Source: an uncultured Ferruginibacter sp. | Lineage (GTDB): Bacteria; Bacteroidota; Bacteroidia; Chitinophagales; Chitinophagaceae | Direction: 5' to 3' | DNA length: 64,000 bases | NCBI GenBank assembly: GCA_964439615.1 | Contig: CAYTQB010000003.1 | Coordinates: 21,453-85,452, forward strand | Part shown: positions 27,847 through 37,753 of the stretch, piece after piece | Layout of the letters: every line of letters starts with the position of its first letter | How positions within the stretch are numbered: position 1 is the first letter of the stretch | Notes under the pieces: generated by a model | What the model was told of the DNA's origin: nothing | Database searches by the model: none | What the model saw: only the letters and a program-made list of their open reading frames with translations | Position numbers and translations under genes: made by a program

Positions 27847-30060
27847 ATGAAAAAATATTTATTCTTCTTTTCCCTCTTACTAACAGCCGTTCCCGTTTTT
27901 GCAACCGTGGATACAGTTAAAGTACCCATTTATCGCCAGCTTTTTCACGACAGGATCAATGAAGAGCAACGCCTGCTGGACAGGATGGATGGCAAAATAG
28001 ACGGCATCATCAAAGCCACTCATAAACCTGAAATAAACCTCGCCATTACTGATGTGATGGTAAGGAAGATTGACCTGTTGCAGCAGGCTGTGGAGGGTAA
28101 CGACAAGTTAGTGACCAACAATGAAAAGATCAGGTATTTAAGTTATATTGAAAACGTAGTTAAGGGATATAAATACGGATTAAAGACCAAAGAACTCAAT
28201 CCGGCTTATGCCCCTATGCTGATTGAAAACTTTGAAAAAATAATGACGGATAATATTGACAGCCTGAGTATGGTTGCCGATATTGAAAAGGTTCCCTATG
28301 CTGTAGGTAAAATAATTACTGAAATATTTTCGGAGAATAAAGGTTACGGGGAAAGTAAAAAAATACTGTATAAAAAATTCTGCATACTCAATCCCGATAA
28401 GATATTACAAACCATCGAACCTTACGTTAATGAACCCTTTGCCGATTCATTGATCACCATAAGTTGTAAGTTCAACCCTACGGCTATTTATTCAGTAGCA
28501 CAGGCAAAGGAATCCAAAATGGGGATGCTTGTTCACCGGAACACCAACTCACTGGTAACCGCTGTGGTGGAACTCAGCAAAACCCCCAATGCCCTTTTGT
28601 ATTTTCCTTTTTTAGATGATATAATAAAAGGGAAGAAAACCGTGGAAAGCATTAAGAAATATGTAGGCGACGGTGAAGTTGGTTATGATAGTGTTGGTTA
28701 TTTTAAACTGTTGGTTCAAACAGAAATTGAATATTTTAAACGACTTGTATCGCCGGCGAAAGATACACCTATTGCTATGTTTGGCGCCAATGGGTTAAGG
28801 GAAGTATTGAGGGGAAAAGCCATCCAGCATTTTGTCACACCAATAAACACACTGCACGACCTGAGCAATATTAACCTGAGGATGAAAGCCATTGATTCGC
28901 TCTCAGCAGTTGATCTTTACTTTATGATGGTGATGAGTGAAAGTGAGATCTATACATCCAGCTATAAACATAGTTTTTTCAGGATGCTGCAACGAATGGG
29001 TGCCGAGCCAAGAACAGATTCTTTATTACTGAACGTTCATTTTGATTACTTCAAAAAGTTTATCAAGATGGCAGCCAATTATAATAAGCTGGATACTTTT
29101 TTAAAGTTTATGCCCAAGACAGCATCAGAAACTTTAATGCGTGGGTTTATCGCCAACCTGGATAATACGGGCAACCTCGAAGATGCGGTTGATGTGGCAG
29201 ACTCCTACAGTAGTATCAATGACGAAAAACTGCAGAGCACCATCCTGGGTTATGTAATAGAGAATGAAAAAAAATGTATAGAGAATAATAACGTGAGGGG
29301 TAAAACAATTTATGGTTTGCTGAAATCAATTTTTCTTTCGGCAGACAGTACCAATAAAATAGACCTCACCAATATCCTCGGTATTCCTTCAATTTATGAA
29401 ATAGAGAGTAAAAATATACAGGATGACAGCGGAAGGATCATTCAGCAGGTGTATTGGTACGGCGATGAAGATGGTAAAACCTATTTCCCTTTCTTTATAA
29501 GTTCATTCTCACCCAAAGAATGGAAAATAACATCCAATAAAGAATGGTACGAAATAAGGTCATTAAAAGGTAATGTTTGGATCTATGCAAACCGGCCATT
29601 AGATAATGATGCCAACCTGGATGACAGTGCACAGATACATTTAAACAACTACCTGGCAGAAAATAACATGCAGCCTGCAGTAGTGGTACATCGTGGCCAT
29701 AGCTACTGGCTTCCACGTACCATCAGGCAAATGTCGGGTAATGCAAAAATTGTTGTCCTGGGTTCCTGTGGTGGTTATAAAAACTTAAATGATATCATCG
29801 AGAGCAATCCTGATGCACATATTATCTCCACCAAAGAGATCGGCGCAGGAGATATCAACAGGCCCATCCTGAATTATTTAAATCAAACCTTCGAATCGGG
29901 AAACAAACTGGTGTGGAAGAATATGTGGGCTGCACTCACTAAATTATTTTCAACCGATCCTAATAAGAATGTACGGGAGAGTTGGGAAGATTATATTCCG
30001 CCTTATAAAAACCTGGGCGCTATTTTCCTGAAAGGATATAACAATTCATTGCTCCAGTAA
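27847..30060 (+). CDS. Exported hypothetical protein (737 aa) with C-terminal HRGH...GSCGG motif (likely start ATG 27847)
   Basis: Signal peptide MKKYLFFFSLLLTAVPVFA; helical N-terminal part; AVVVHRGHSYW and KIVVLGSCGG. Confidence 0.8.
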   Translation: MKKYLFFFSLLLTAVPVFATVDTVKVPIYRQLFHDRINEEQRLLDRMDGKIDGIIKATHKPEINLAITDVMVRKIDLLQQAVEGNDKLVTNNEKIRYLSYIENVVKGYKYGLKTKELNPAYAPMLIENFEKIMTDNIDSLSMVADIEKVPYAVGKIITEIFSENKGYGESKKILYKKFCILNPDKILQTIEPYVNEPFADSLITISCKFNPTAIYSVAQAKESKMGMLVHRNTNSLVTAVVELSKTPNALLYFPFLDDIIKGKKTVESIKKYVGDGEVGYDSVGYFKLLVQTEIEYFKRLVSPAKDTPIAMFGANGLREVLRGKAIQHFVTPINTLHDLSNINLRMKAIDSLSAVDLYFMMVMSESEIYTSSYKHSFFRMLQRMGAEPRTDSLLLNVHFDYFKKFIKMAANYNKLDTFLKFMPKTASETLMRGFIANLDNTGNLEDAVDVADSYSSINDEKLQSTILGYVIENEKKCIENNNVRGKTIYGLLKSIFLSADSTNKIDLTNILGIPSIYEIESKNIQDDSGRIIQQVYWYGDEDGKTYFPFFISSFSPKEWKITSNKEWYEIRSLKGNVWIYANRPLDNDANLDDSAQIHLNNYLAENNMQPAVVVHRGHSYWLPRTIRQMSGNAKIVVLGSCGGYKNLNDIIESNPDAHIISTKEIGAGDINRPILNYLNQTFESGNKLVWKNMWAALTKLFSTDPNKNVRESWEDYIPPYKNLGAIFLKGYNNSLLQ

Positions 30061-30067
30061 CAGGCAT

Positions 30068-30084
30068 CCCGATAGCTATCAGGA
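30068..30084. repeat. REP-like palindrome (CC)GATAGCTATC(AGG)
   Basis: cccgatagctatcagg with a perfect 10-bp palindromic core. Confidence 0.5.
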
Positions 30085-30113
30085 ACGAAGCCTAAACTCT
30101 ATACCTTTGCTAT

Positions 30114-31919
30114 ATGACCGAAAAAACGAAGGCGAAAAGAAAGATTTTTAATTTTTCATTACTGCGCAGGGTATTTCGTTTTGCTGCTCCATATAAAAAT
30201 AAGTTCTATGGTTCCCTCGTATTGGCGATAATACTTGCTGCAATTGCACCCATACGCCCCCTGTTGATTCAGCTCACTATTAATGACGGTATCAAGGGGG
30301 AAACAAGTTCTCATTTTGTAAATGGCCCGGGAGGTTTTATTATTGAGATCACCATAATACAGATCATATTGTTGTTGCTGGAAACAGCAGGACGTTTTTT
30401 ATTTACTTTCCTTACGGCATCGCTGGGGCAAAGTGTGGTAAAAGATCTGAGAGTAAGCACCTACAATAAGATACTACACCTTAATTTAACACAGTACGAC
30501 AAAACACCTATCGGCACACTCACTACAAGAACAATAAATGACATTGAATCCATCAACGATATTTTCAGCGACGGATTGATACCCATCATTGCCGATATGC
30601 TTTCCATCATTTCAATACTCACTTACATGTTTTATGTTGACTGGGGTTTGACCCTGGTTTGCCTGGCACCTTTTCCATTCCTGATCGTAGCTACGTACTT
30701 TTTCAAAGAAAGCGTGAACAAATCTTTTATCCGTGTCCGCAATGCAGTAGCCAGCCTTAACGCATTTGTACAGGAGCATATCACAGGCATGGCGATAGTA
30801 CAGGCTTTTGCAGCAGAGAAAAGAGAGTTCAATAAATTCAAAACCATTAATAAGGAACACCGCAATGCCAACATAAAAGCCATTTTTGCTTACTCTGTTT
30901 TTTTTCCTGTTGTGGAACTGGTGATGGCTTTATCAATCGGCTTATTGGTATGGTGGGCAGCAAGAGATGTGGTTAATCATGACCAGGCAGAAAAAGTGGC
31001 CGGAGTGATAACAGCATTCATTCTTTGCCTCAATCTGTTATTTCGTCCGCTCCGGGTAATTGCTGATAAGTTCAATGTGCTGCAGATGGGTATGATTGCC
31101 AGTGAACGGGTGTTTAAGGTGCTGGATAACGAGGATACAATCATCAACGAAGGCAATCTTAAAGCCGATCATATAAAAGGCAAAGTTGAATTTGACAAGG
31201 TTTGGTTTGCGTACATTGATGAACAATATGTTTTAAAAAATATTTCTTTTACCATCAATGCCGGCGAAACACTGGCCATTGTGGGGTACACCGGCAGCGG
31301 CAAAACATCCATCATCAGTTTATTGAACCGGTTGTACCAGATAAACAAAGGCCGGATAAAAATTGATGATACCAATATTGAAGATTTTCATTTAGACGAC
31401 CTGAGGGCCAGAATAGCTGTGGTACTACAGGACGTTTTCCTCTTCAGTGGTTCTGTAGCTGATAACGTTACGCTGCGTAATCCCTCAATAAAAAAAGAAG
31501 ACGTGGTGAAAGCTGCGGAACTCATCGGCATTCATGATTTCATTATGCAGTTGCCCGGCAACTATGATTACCATGTTATGGAAAGGGGAGCCACTTTATC
31601 ATTAGGACAACGGCAATTGCTGTCTTTTGTAAGAGCCTTACTTTATGACCCCGCCATTTTGATACTGGATGAAGCCACTTCGTCGGTTGATACAGAAAGT
31701 GAGGCGTTGATACAACATGCCATTGAAAAACTGATCGCCAACCGCACTTCAATTATTATTGCCCATCGTTTGTCCACCATCCGTAAAGCCAATAAGATCA
31801 TAGTACTTGACCGGGGCGAAATAAAAGAGATCGGCACACATGATGAACTTTTAGAAAAGAAGGGATTCTATTACCAGCTCCATAAAATGCAGTTTGAAAA
31901 CCAGGAAAAAGTGGCGTAA
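30114..31919 (+). CDS. ABC transporter, fused permease/ATPase (ABCB/MsbA-like exporter)
   Basis: Six-TM N-domain, GYTGSGKT, LSLGQRQ, ILILDEATS and IAHRLST motifs; TACCTTTG at 30102-30109. Confidence 0.95.
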   Translation: MTEKTKAKRKIFNFSLLRRVFRFAAPYKNKFYGSLVLAIILAAIAPIRPLLIQLTINDGIKGETSSHFVNGPGGFIIEITIIQIILLLLETAGRFLFTFLTASLGQSVVKDLRVSTYNKILHLNLTQYDKTPIGTLTTRTINDIESINDIFSDGLIPIIADMLSIISILTYMFYVDWGLTLVCLAPFPFLIVATYFFKESVNKSFIRVRNAVASLNAFVQEHITGMAIVQAFAAEKREFNKFKTINKEHRNANIKAIFAYSVFFPVVELVMALSIGLLVWWAARDVVNHDQAEKVAGVITAFILCLNLLFRPLRVIADKFNVLQMGMIASERVFKVLDNEDTIINEGNLKADHIKGKVEFDKVWFAYIDEQYVLKNISFTINAGETLAIVGYTGSGKTSIISLLNRLYQINKGRIKIDDTNIEDFHLDDLRARIAVVLQDVFLFSGSVADNVTLRNPSIKKEDVVKAAELIGIHDFIMQLPGNYDYHVMERGATLSLGQRQLLSFVRALLYDPAILILDEATSSVDTESEALIQHAIEKLIANRTSIIIAHRLSTIRKANKIIVLDRGEIKEIGTHDELLEKKGFYYQLHKMQFENQEKVA

Positions 31920-31929
31920 ATTTGGGTAT

Positions 31930-32112
31930 ATGCAGAAAGCTAAATTTATTAAATATAATAGCCTGGAAGAATTGGAAAACGCAAGAGCATTCGAAGCTTC
32001 ACAAACCTCTTATACAGAACGTTTCTATACTTTAATGAGACTAATCAAAATTTCAAGTATGATCAGGAATGCGAGGATCATCAAATCTCCGGAGATACCA
32101 TCACACAAATAA
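31930..32112 (+). CDS. Small hypothetical protein (60 aa), partner of the downstream nucleotidyltransferase
   Basis: ATG 31930 follows TAAATTTG (31917-31924); stop abuts the next ATG (TAAATG). Confidence 0.65.
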   Translation: MQKAKFIKYNSLEELENARAFEASQTSYTERFYTLMRLIKISSMIRNARIIKSPEIPSHK

Positions 32113-32598
32113 ATGGATCTTTTTGACGAAGACATATTATCTCTTTGGAATTGCCTTTACAAAAATGAAGTAAGATATATAATGATTGGCGGCTTTGCCA
32201 CCAACTTACATGGGTATAGCAGGGCTACAAAGGATATTGATATATGGATCGAGGATAACCTGGAAAACAGAAAAAAACTCAGAAAAGCACTCAAAGAACA
32301 GGGCTCTGGCGATTATTCAGTTATTGAAACAATGGATTTTATCCCGGGATGGACAGATTTTCAGCTAAACATGGGTTTCAAATTAGATATCATGGTGTCT
32401 GTAAAGGGATTAGAAGAGACTGGTTTTGCTGAATGTTATGAATATGCTGTAGTTGCAGAAATAGAAAACATTAAGGTAAGGTTTTTACATTATAACCACT
32501 TGATAGCCTGTAAAAAAGCGGCAGGAAGGCCAAAAGATTTACTTGATATAGATGAATTGGAGAAAATCAGAAAAGCTTCAGCAGGAAATAATAGCTAA
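32113..32598 (+). CDS. Minimal nucleotidyltransferase-fold protein
   Basis: IGGFA...HG...ATKDIDIW (GG, DxD) and KKAAGRPKDLLD motifs. Confidence 0.85.
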   Translation: MDLFDEDILSLWNCLYKNEVRYIMIGGFATNLHGYSRATKDIDIWIEDNLENRKKLRKALKEQGSGDYSVIETMDFIPGWTDFQLNMGFKLDIMVSVKGLEETGFAECYEYAVVAEIENIKVRFLHYNHLIACKKAAGRPKDLLDIDELEKIRKASAGNNS

Positions 32599-32637
32599 AT
32601 TCTTAATCCTCAATTTCATATTTCCCCCCTCCCCCCT

Positions 32638-32645
32638 TATCTTTG
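32638..32645 (+). promoter_or_regulatory. -7 promoter element of the atpBEFH operon
   Basis: TATCTTTG 20 nt before ATG 32666. Confidence 0.75.
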
Positions 32646-32665
32646 CGCCAAAATCAAGGGATAAT

Positions 32666-34125
<1,460 letters not shown>

Positions 34126-34131
34126 ACCCTT

Positions 34132-34172
34132 TACTGCATCCAAAGCACAGGGCGGAGGATGCAGTATTTTTA
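34132..34172 (+). terminator. Stem-loop with U-tract between atpE and atpF (attenuator or stabiliser)
   Basis: TACTGCATCC-N15-GGATGCAGTA followed by TTTTT. Confidence 0.65.
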
Positions 34173-34178
34173 ACCACA

Positions 34179-34227
34179 CACTGAGCGAAGTCGAAGTGGC
34201 GTGAAGCTCCGAGCGAAGTCGAGGAGC
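34179..34227. repeat. Two tandem REP-like hairpins with a GAGCGAAGTCGA core
   Basis: CACT-GAGCGAAGTCGA-AGTG (34179-34198) and GCTCC-GAGCGAAGTCGA-GGAGC (34206-34227). Confidence 0.75.
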
Positions 34228-34263
34228 AAATACAATTAAGAATAGTATTTTAAAATAGTTTTT

Positions 34264-34758
34264 ATGCAGTTACTTACACCGGCCTTTGGCCTTATTATCT
34301 GGACACTCTTAGCATTCCTTATTGTTTTTTTTCTGCTGAAAAAATTCGCATGGCCAATGATCATTGGTGGATTGGCACAAAGAGAAAAGACCATTGCTGA
34401 TTCTTTGGCCACTGCCGAAAAGATAAAGCTTGAAATGGCACAGATGAAGAATGATAATGAAGCCATTCTTGCCAAAGCCCGTGAAGAAAGGGCAACCATG
34501 CTTAAAGAAGCAAAGGAAACCAAGGATAAGATGATCAACGATGCTAAAGAAGAGGCAAAAGTACAGGCAGCTAAGATCGTTGCCGATGCACAGGCTTCTA
34601 TCAATAATCAGAAAATGGCTGCGTTGACAGAGATAAAAAACCAGGTAGGTAGCCTCGTACTTGAAGTAAGTGAAAAAGTATTGAGAAAAGAATTAAGCAA
34701 CAAAGCAGAGCAGGAGAATTATATCAAAACCCTGGCTGCAGAAGTAAAACTTAACTGA
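34264..34758 (+). CDS. atpF: F0F1 ATP synthase subunit b
   Basis: N-terminal TM with LLKKFAW, followed by a coiled coil. Confidence 0.95.
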   Translation: MQLLTPAFGLIIWTLLAFLIVFFLLKKFAWPMIIGGLAQREKTIADSLATAEKIKLEMAQMKNDNEAILAKAREERATMLKEAKETKDKMINDAKEEAKVQAAKIVADAQASINNQKMAALTEIKNQVGSLVLEVSEKVLRKELSNKAEQENYIKTLAAEVKLN

Positions 34759-34838
34759 TTTGATAATTTGAAGATTTGGTAATGTGCTAGTTGTGCAGAC
34801 TCCTATCACCAAATCTTCAAATTACCAAATTACCAAAT
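34758..34838. repeat. Inverted array of 8-nt units (ATTTGGTA / TACCAAAT)
   Basis: TGATAATTTGAAGATTTGGTAAT pairs with ATCACCAAATCTTCAAATTACCA (21/23). Confidence 0.85.
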
Positions 34839-34845
34839 CGAAGAA

Positions 34846-35412
34846 ATGAACAATCCACGTTTAGCAGGACGCTACGCAAAAAGTTTACTGGACCTGGCAA
34901 CAGAACAAAACCAGGTAGATGTGGTGTATGCCGATATGAAATGGCTGCACAGCATTTGTAAAAGCAATCCTGACTTTGTAACGCTTTTACGCAGCCCGAT
35001 CATTAAGCCTTCTGCCAAGCAAAAGATAATTGAATCGGTTACAAAAGACAGGGTAGGTAAACTTACCGGCGCTTTTATACAATTACTGGTGGCTAAAAAC
35101 AGGGAACTGAACCTACCTGAGATTGTGACTACTTACATTGACCAGTTCAATGCTTTACGTAATATTCATAAAGTAAAGATCACTTCAGCCGATCCTATTT
35201 CGGAAGAAATGAAGACGGCCATCCTGGCCAACGTGAAAGCAGCTGCAGCTCCCGGACAAACCTTTGAAATTGAGACAAGCATTAAAAATGAACTGATTGG
35301 TGGTTTCTTATTGGAAACAAATGGCGTGTTGGTTGATGCCAGTATTTTAAGGGACCTGAAGGATATCCAAAAGCAATTTATGAATAATGATTACCTGCAC
35401 AGGATTCGTTAA
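34846..35412 (+). CDS. atpH: F0F1 ATP synthase subunit delta
   Basis: RLAGRYAKSLL, LIGGF and VDASI motifs; follows atpF. Confidence 0.95.
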   Translation: MNNPRLAGRYAKSLLDLATEQNQVDVVYADMKWLHSICKSNPDFVTLLRSPIIKPSAKQKIIESVTKDRVGKLTGAFIQLLVAKNRELNLPEIVTTYIDQFNALRNIHKVKITSADPISEEMKTAILANVKAAAAPGQTFEIETSIKNELIGGFLLETNGVLVDASILRDLKDIQKQFMNNDYLHRIR

Positions 35413-35432
35413 TCGAACTTGAATATTTTTTT

Positions 35433-35462
35433 AAAGCTGTTACCTTTGTAGCAGCTTTTTTA
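35433..35462 (+). terminator. Intrinsic terminator ending the atpBEFH operon
   Basis: AAAGCTGTTAC-cttt-GTAGCAGCTTT followed by a T run. Confidence 0.8.
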
Positions 35463-35487
35463 TTTTGGAGAAGTGGATTGTCAATTA

Positions 35488-36234
35488 TTAAGCAAAGGAA
35501 TACACCGGCGATTTGATATCGTGATAAAACAAGAAGGTCCACTTCTCTTCCCTTCCCTGTTTCCACCATTGCTGTCTTAGCTCCATACATTTTTTCCCGT
35601 CAAAATCGTATTTGGCTATGAACCGGTTCTTCATTTGTTGCAGTTGCGGAGCCACATCGCCACCAAAGAAAACTTTTTTCCCGTCTTCTTCTATCCAGAA
35701 CACCTGGTGAAACGGGCTATGCGCCCCACTCACATGATGCGTAATATATCTGTCAAGTTTTCCATCACCTTCCAGCAAAACAACCTGGTCGGAGTTTTGC
35801 AACCCGTCAAAATCCGAAAGCTTGTATGATTTAGACCCTTTACCCAAGGCAAATTCCATCTCTTGCTTTTGCACATAATATGTGGCATTAGGAAAGCTCA
35901 GGAATTTTTGTTTCAATATCACATCATCTTTATAAATACCGCCTGCATGGTCTTTGTGCAGGTGACTCATTAATACTTTGGTTACTTCCATTGGACCAAT
36001 GCCATTGTTCAGTAAGTTCTGGTGTATCTGTAAAGTTCCATCAGGTGTCGAAAAGCCAAGGCCTGTATCAATAACGATGATATCGTTTGCGGTAATTACA
36101 GCAAAAGGCTGTATCTCTACGAGCAAGCTGCCGGTTGGCCGTTTTTGCAAGTTATCCTTTAAAAGATCGAATGGAACAAATTTTTTGGTTGCATCTATGG
36201 TAAAAGCGCCTTCACTTAAAGGAATAATTTTCAT
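35488..36234 (-). CDS. MBL-fold metallo-hydrolase (YtnP-like)
   Basis: SHLHKDHAGG (HxHxDH), GAHSPFHQ, GGDV and FYHD motifs. Confidence 0.88.
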   Translation of the reverse strand: MKIIPLSEGAFTIDATKKFVPFDLLKDNLQKRPTGSLLVEIQPFAVITANDIIVIDTGLGFSTPDGTLQIHQNLLNNGIGPMEVTKVLMSHLHKDHAGGIYKDDVILKQKFLSFPNATYYVQKQEMEFALGKGSKSYKLSDFDGLQNSDQVVLLEGDGKLDRYITHHVSGAHSPFHQVFWIEEDGKKVFFGGDVAPQLQQMKNRFIAKYDFDGKKCMELRQQWWKQGREEKWTFLFYHDIKSPVYSFA

Positions 36235-36237
36235 ATC

Positions 36238-36373
36238 ACACCCCCTCAGCCCCCTAAAGGGGAAACCGGGACTCTAATTGTTTAAGCTCTATTAAAAAAT
36301 AATTACCAGGCAAAAATAGTCGAAAAGAAATTCAAACCGCAGAGTACAGACTCCCCTTTAGGGGCTGGGGGTG
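36238..36373. repeat. Inverted pair of REP-like elements (CCCCCAGCCCCTAAAGGGGA family)
   Basis: ccccctcagccccctaaagggga (36241-36263) versus tcccctttaggggctgggggtg (36352-36373). Confidence 0.75.
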
Positions 36374-36377
36374 TCTT

Positions 36378-37730
36378 TTATCTCAACACCATTTGCCTAT
36401 CGGCATCCAGTTTTATTAAAATAAAAAGCAGTATGGTAAATGTAAGTAAGGAAGACCCGCCGTAACTCATCAGCGGAAGCGTAATACCTATTACCGGGGC
36501 AAGGCCAATGGTCACACAAATATTTACAGCTACATGGAAAAAAATAATTCCTGCAACCGAATACGCATACACCCGGCTGAATGTACTTCGTTGCCTTTCG
36601 GCGATCTTAATGATACGCAACAAAAGAACCAGGTATATCAACATCAATAACCCACTTCCCCAAAAACCAAAATTCTCACCCACCGAAGTAAAAATAAAGT
36701 CGGTATGCTGCTCCGGAACGAAATCACCCTGGGTTTGTGTGCCCTTTAAAAATCCTTTCCCGGCAAAGCCACCAGACCCAATTGCAATTTTTGATTGCTT
36801 TACATTATAATTCTGCTGTTCACTTTTCTTTTGTTTTGTCTTCTGCTCTTCCGTATCGCCCAGTGCAACAGTGCCTGGGTCTGCAAATGGGTTATCTACT
36901 CCCACCATGCTGAATATCCTGTCGGCCTGGTACCCTTTAAACACATGCTTGAATGCAAATGGTACGGCTATGCCAACAAATGCCGAGCAAAAAGCCCAGC
37001 TGATAACGATCACAGCAAGTATACGACTGTTTCTCTTTATTTGCCGCCGGTAATAATATATAGCCAGAGCAGCCAGTACAGCAAAAGCTATCAATAAAGT
37101 TTTTGTATGAAACAACAGCGATGCCACCAGCAATACCGCCATAGATGCTCCTGCGATAAGATAGCCCGGCGGCAAGCCCTCCCTGTACATGGGAATTAAA
37201 AAGGCGAAGTACACTAACGCAAGCCCGGTTTCTCCCTGCAGTATGGATAATACTCCCGGCGCAAAAGCAATAGCAGCAGCAATGAGCTGGGCCTTGGGTT
37301 TTTTAAAATCCGTCTCCTGCATGGACAAATATTTTGACAATGCCAGCGCCGTAAATATTTTGCACAACTCAACAGGTTGCAGGTTCATAAAACCCAATGG
37401 TATCCAGCTCTTAGAACCTTTTATTTCTTTACCAACCACAAAGGTGGCTAGTATTAATGCGATGCCTATAAGGTAAGAGAGATTGGCGGTGGCTGTAAAA
37501 AGCTTGCTGTCGGTTAATAAGATAAAAAAGGCAAGTACTATGCAGACGGTAAAAAAATATAATTGCTTGCTGTAATTCTTTTTAAAACCAAGTAGACTTT
37601 GAACTACATTATCACTGCTTCTGAATTCTACCGAAAAGATACAAAGGATGCCAATGATCACAATGATGGCATACAACCATACCATCAGCCAGTCGATCCC
37701 TTTTGATATAGAAGCATTTTTTTGATACAC
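36378..37730 (-). CDS. rodA: Rod shape-determining protein RodA (GTG start)
   Basis: QPVELCK, QSKIAIGSGG, PEQHTDFIF and LPLMSYGGSS motifs. Confidence 0.95.
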   Translation of the reverse strand: MYQKNASISKGIDWLMVWLYAIIVIIGILCIFSVEFRSSDNVVQSLLGFKKNYSKQLYFFTVCIVLAFFILLTDSKLFTATANLSYLIGIALILATFVVGKEIKGSKSWIPLGFMNLQPVELCKIFTALALSKYLSMQETDFKKPKAQLIAAAIAFAPGVLSILQGETGLALVYFAFLIPMYREGLPPGYLIAGASMAVLLVASLLFHTKTLLIAFAVLAALAIYYYRRQIKRNSRILAVIVISWAFCSAFVGIAVPFAFKHVFKGYQADRIFSMVGVDNPFADPGTVALGDTEEQKTKQKKSEQQNYNVKQSKIAIGSGGFAGKGFLKGTQTQGDFVPEQHTDFIFTSVGENFGFWGSGLLMLIYLVLLLRIIKIAERQRSTFSRVYAYSVAGIIFFHVAVNICVTIGLAPVIGITLPLMSYGGSSLLTFTILLFILIKLDADRQMVLR

Positions 37731-37753
37731 CGTTATCCGTTAATGGTTATTTG

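Noticed and set aside
35468-35547. Perfect 10-bp inverted repeat (GAGAAGTGGA/TCCACTTCTC) spanning the MBL gene stop; considered as an sRNA
   Set aside because: One arm is coding sequence (EEKWT), several such matches are expected by chance in 64 kb, and the nearby TACCTTTG is better explained as the atpH terminator loop.
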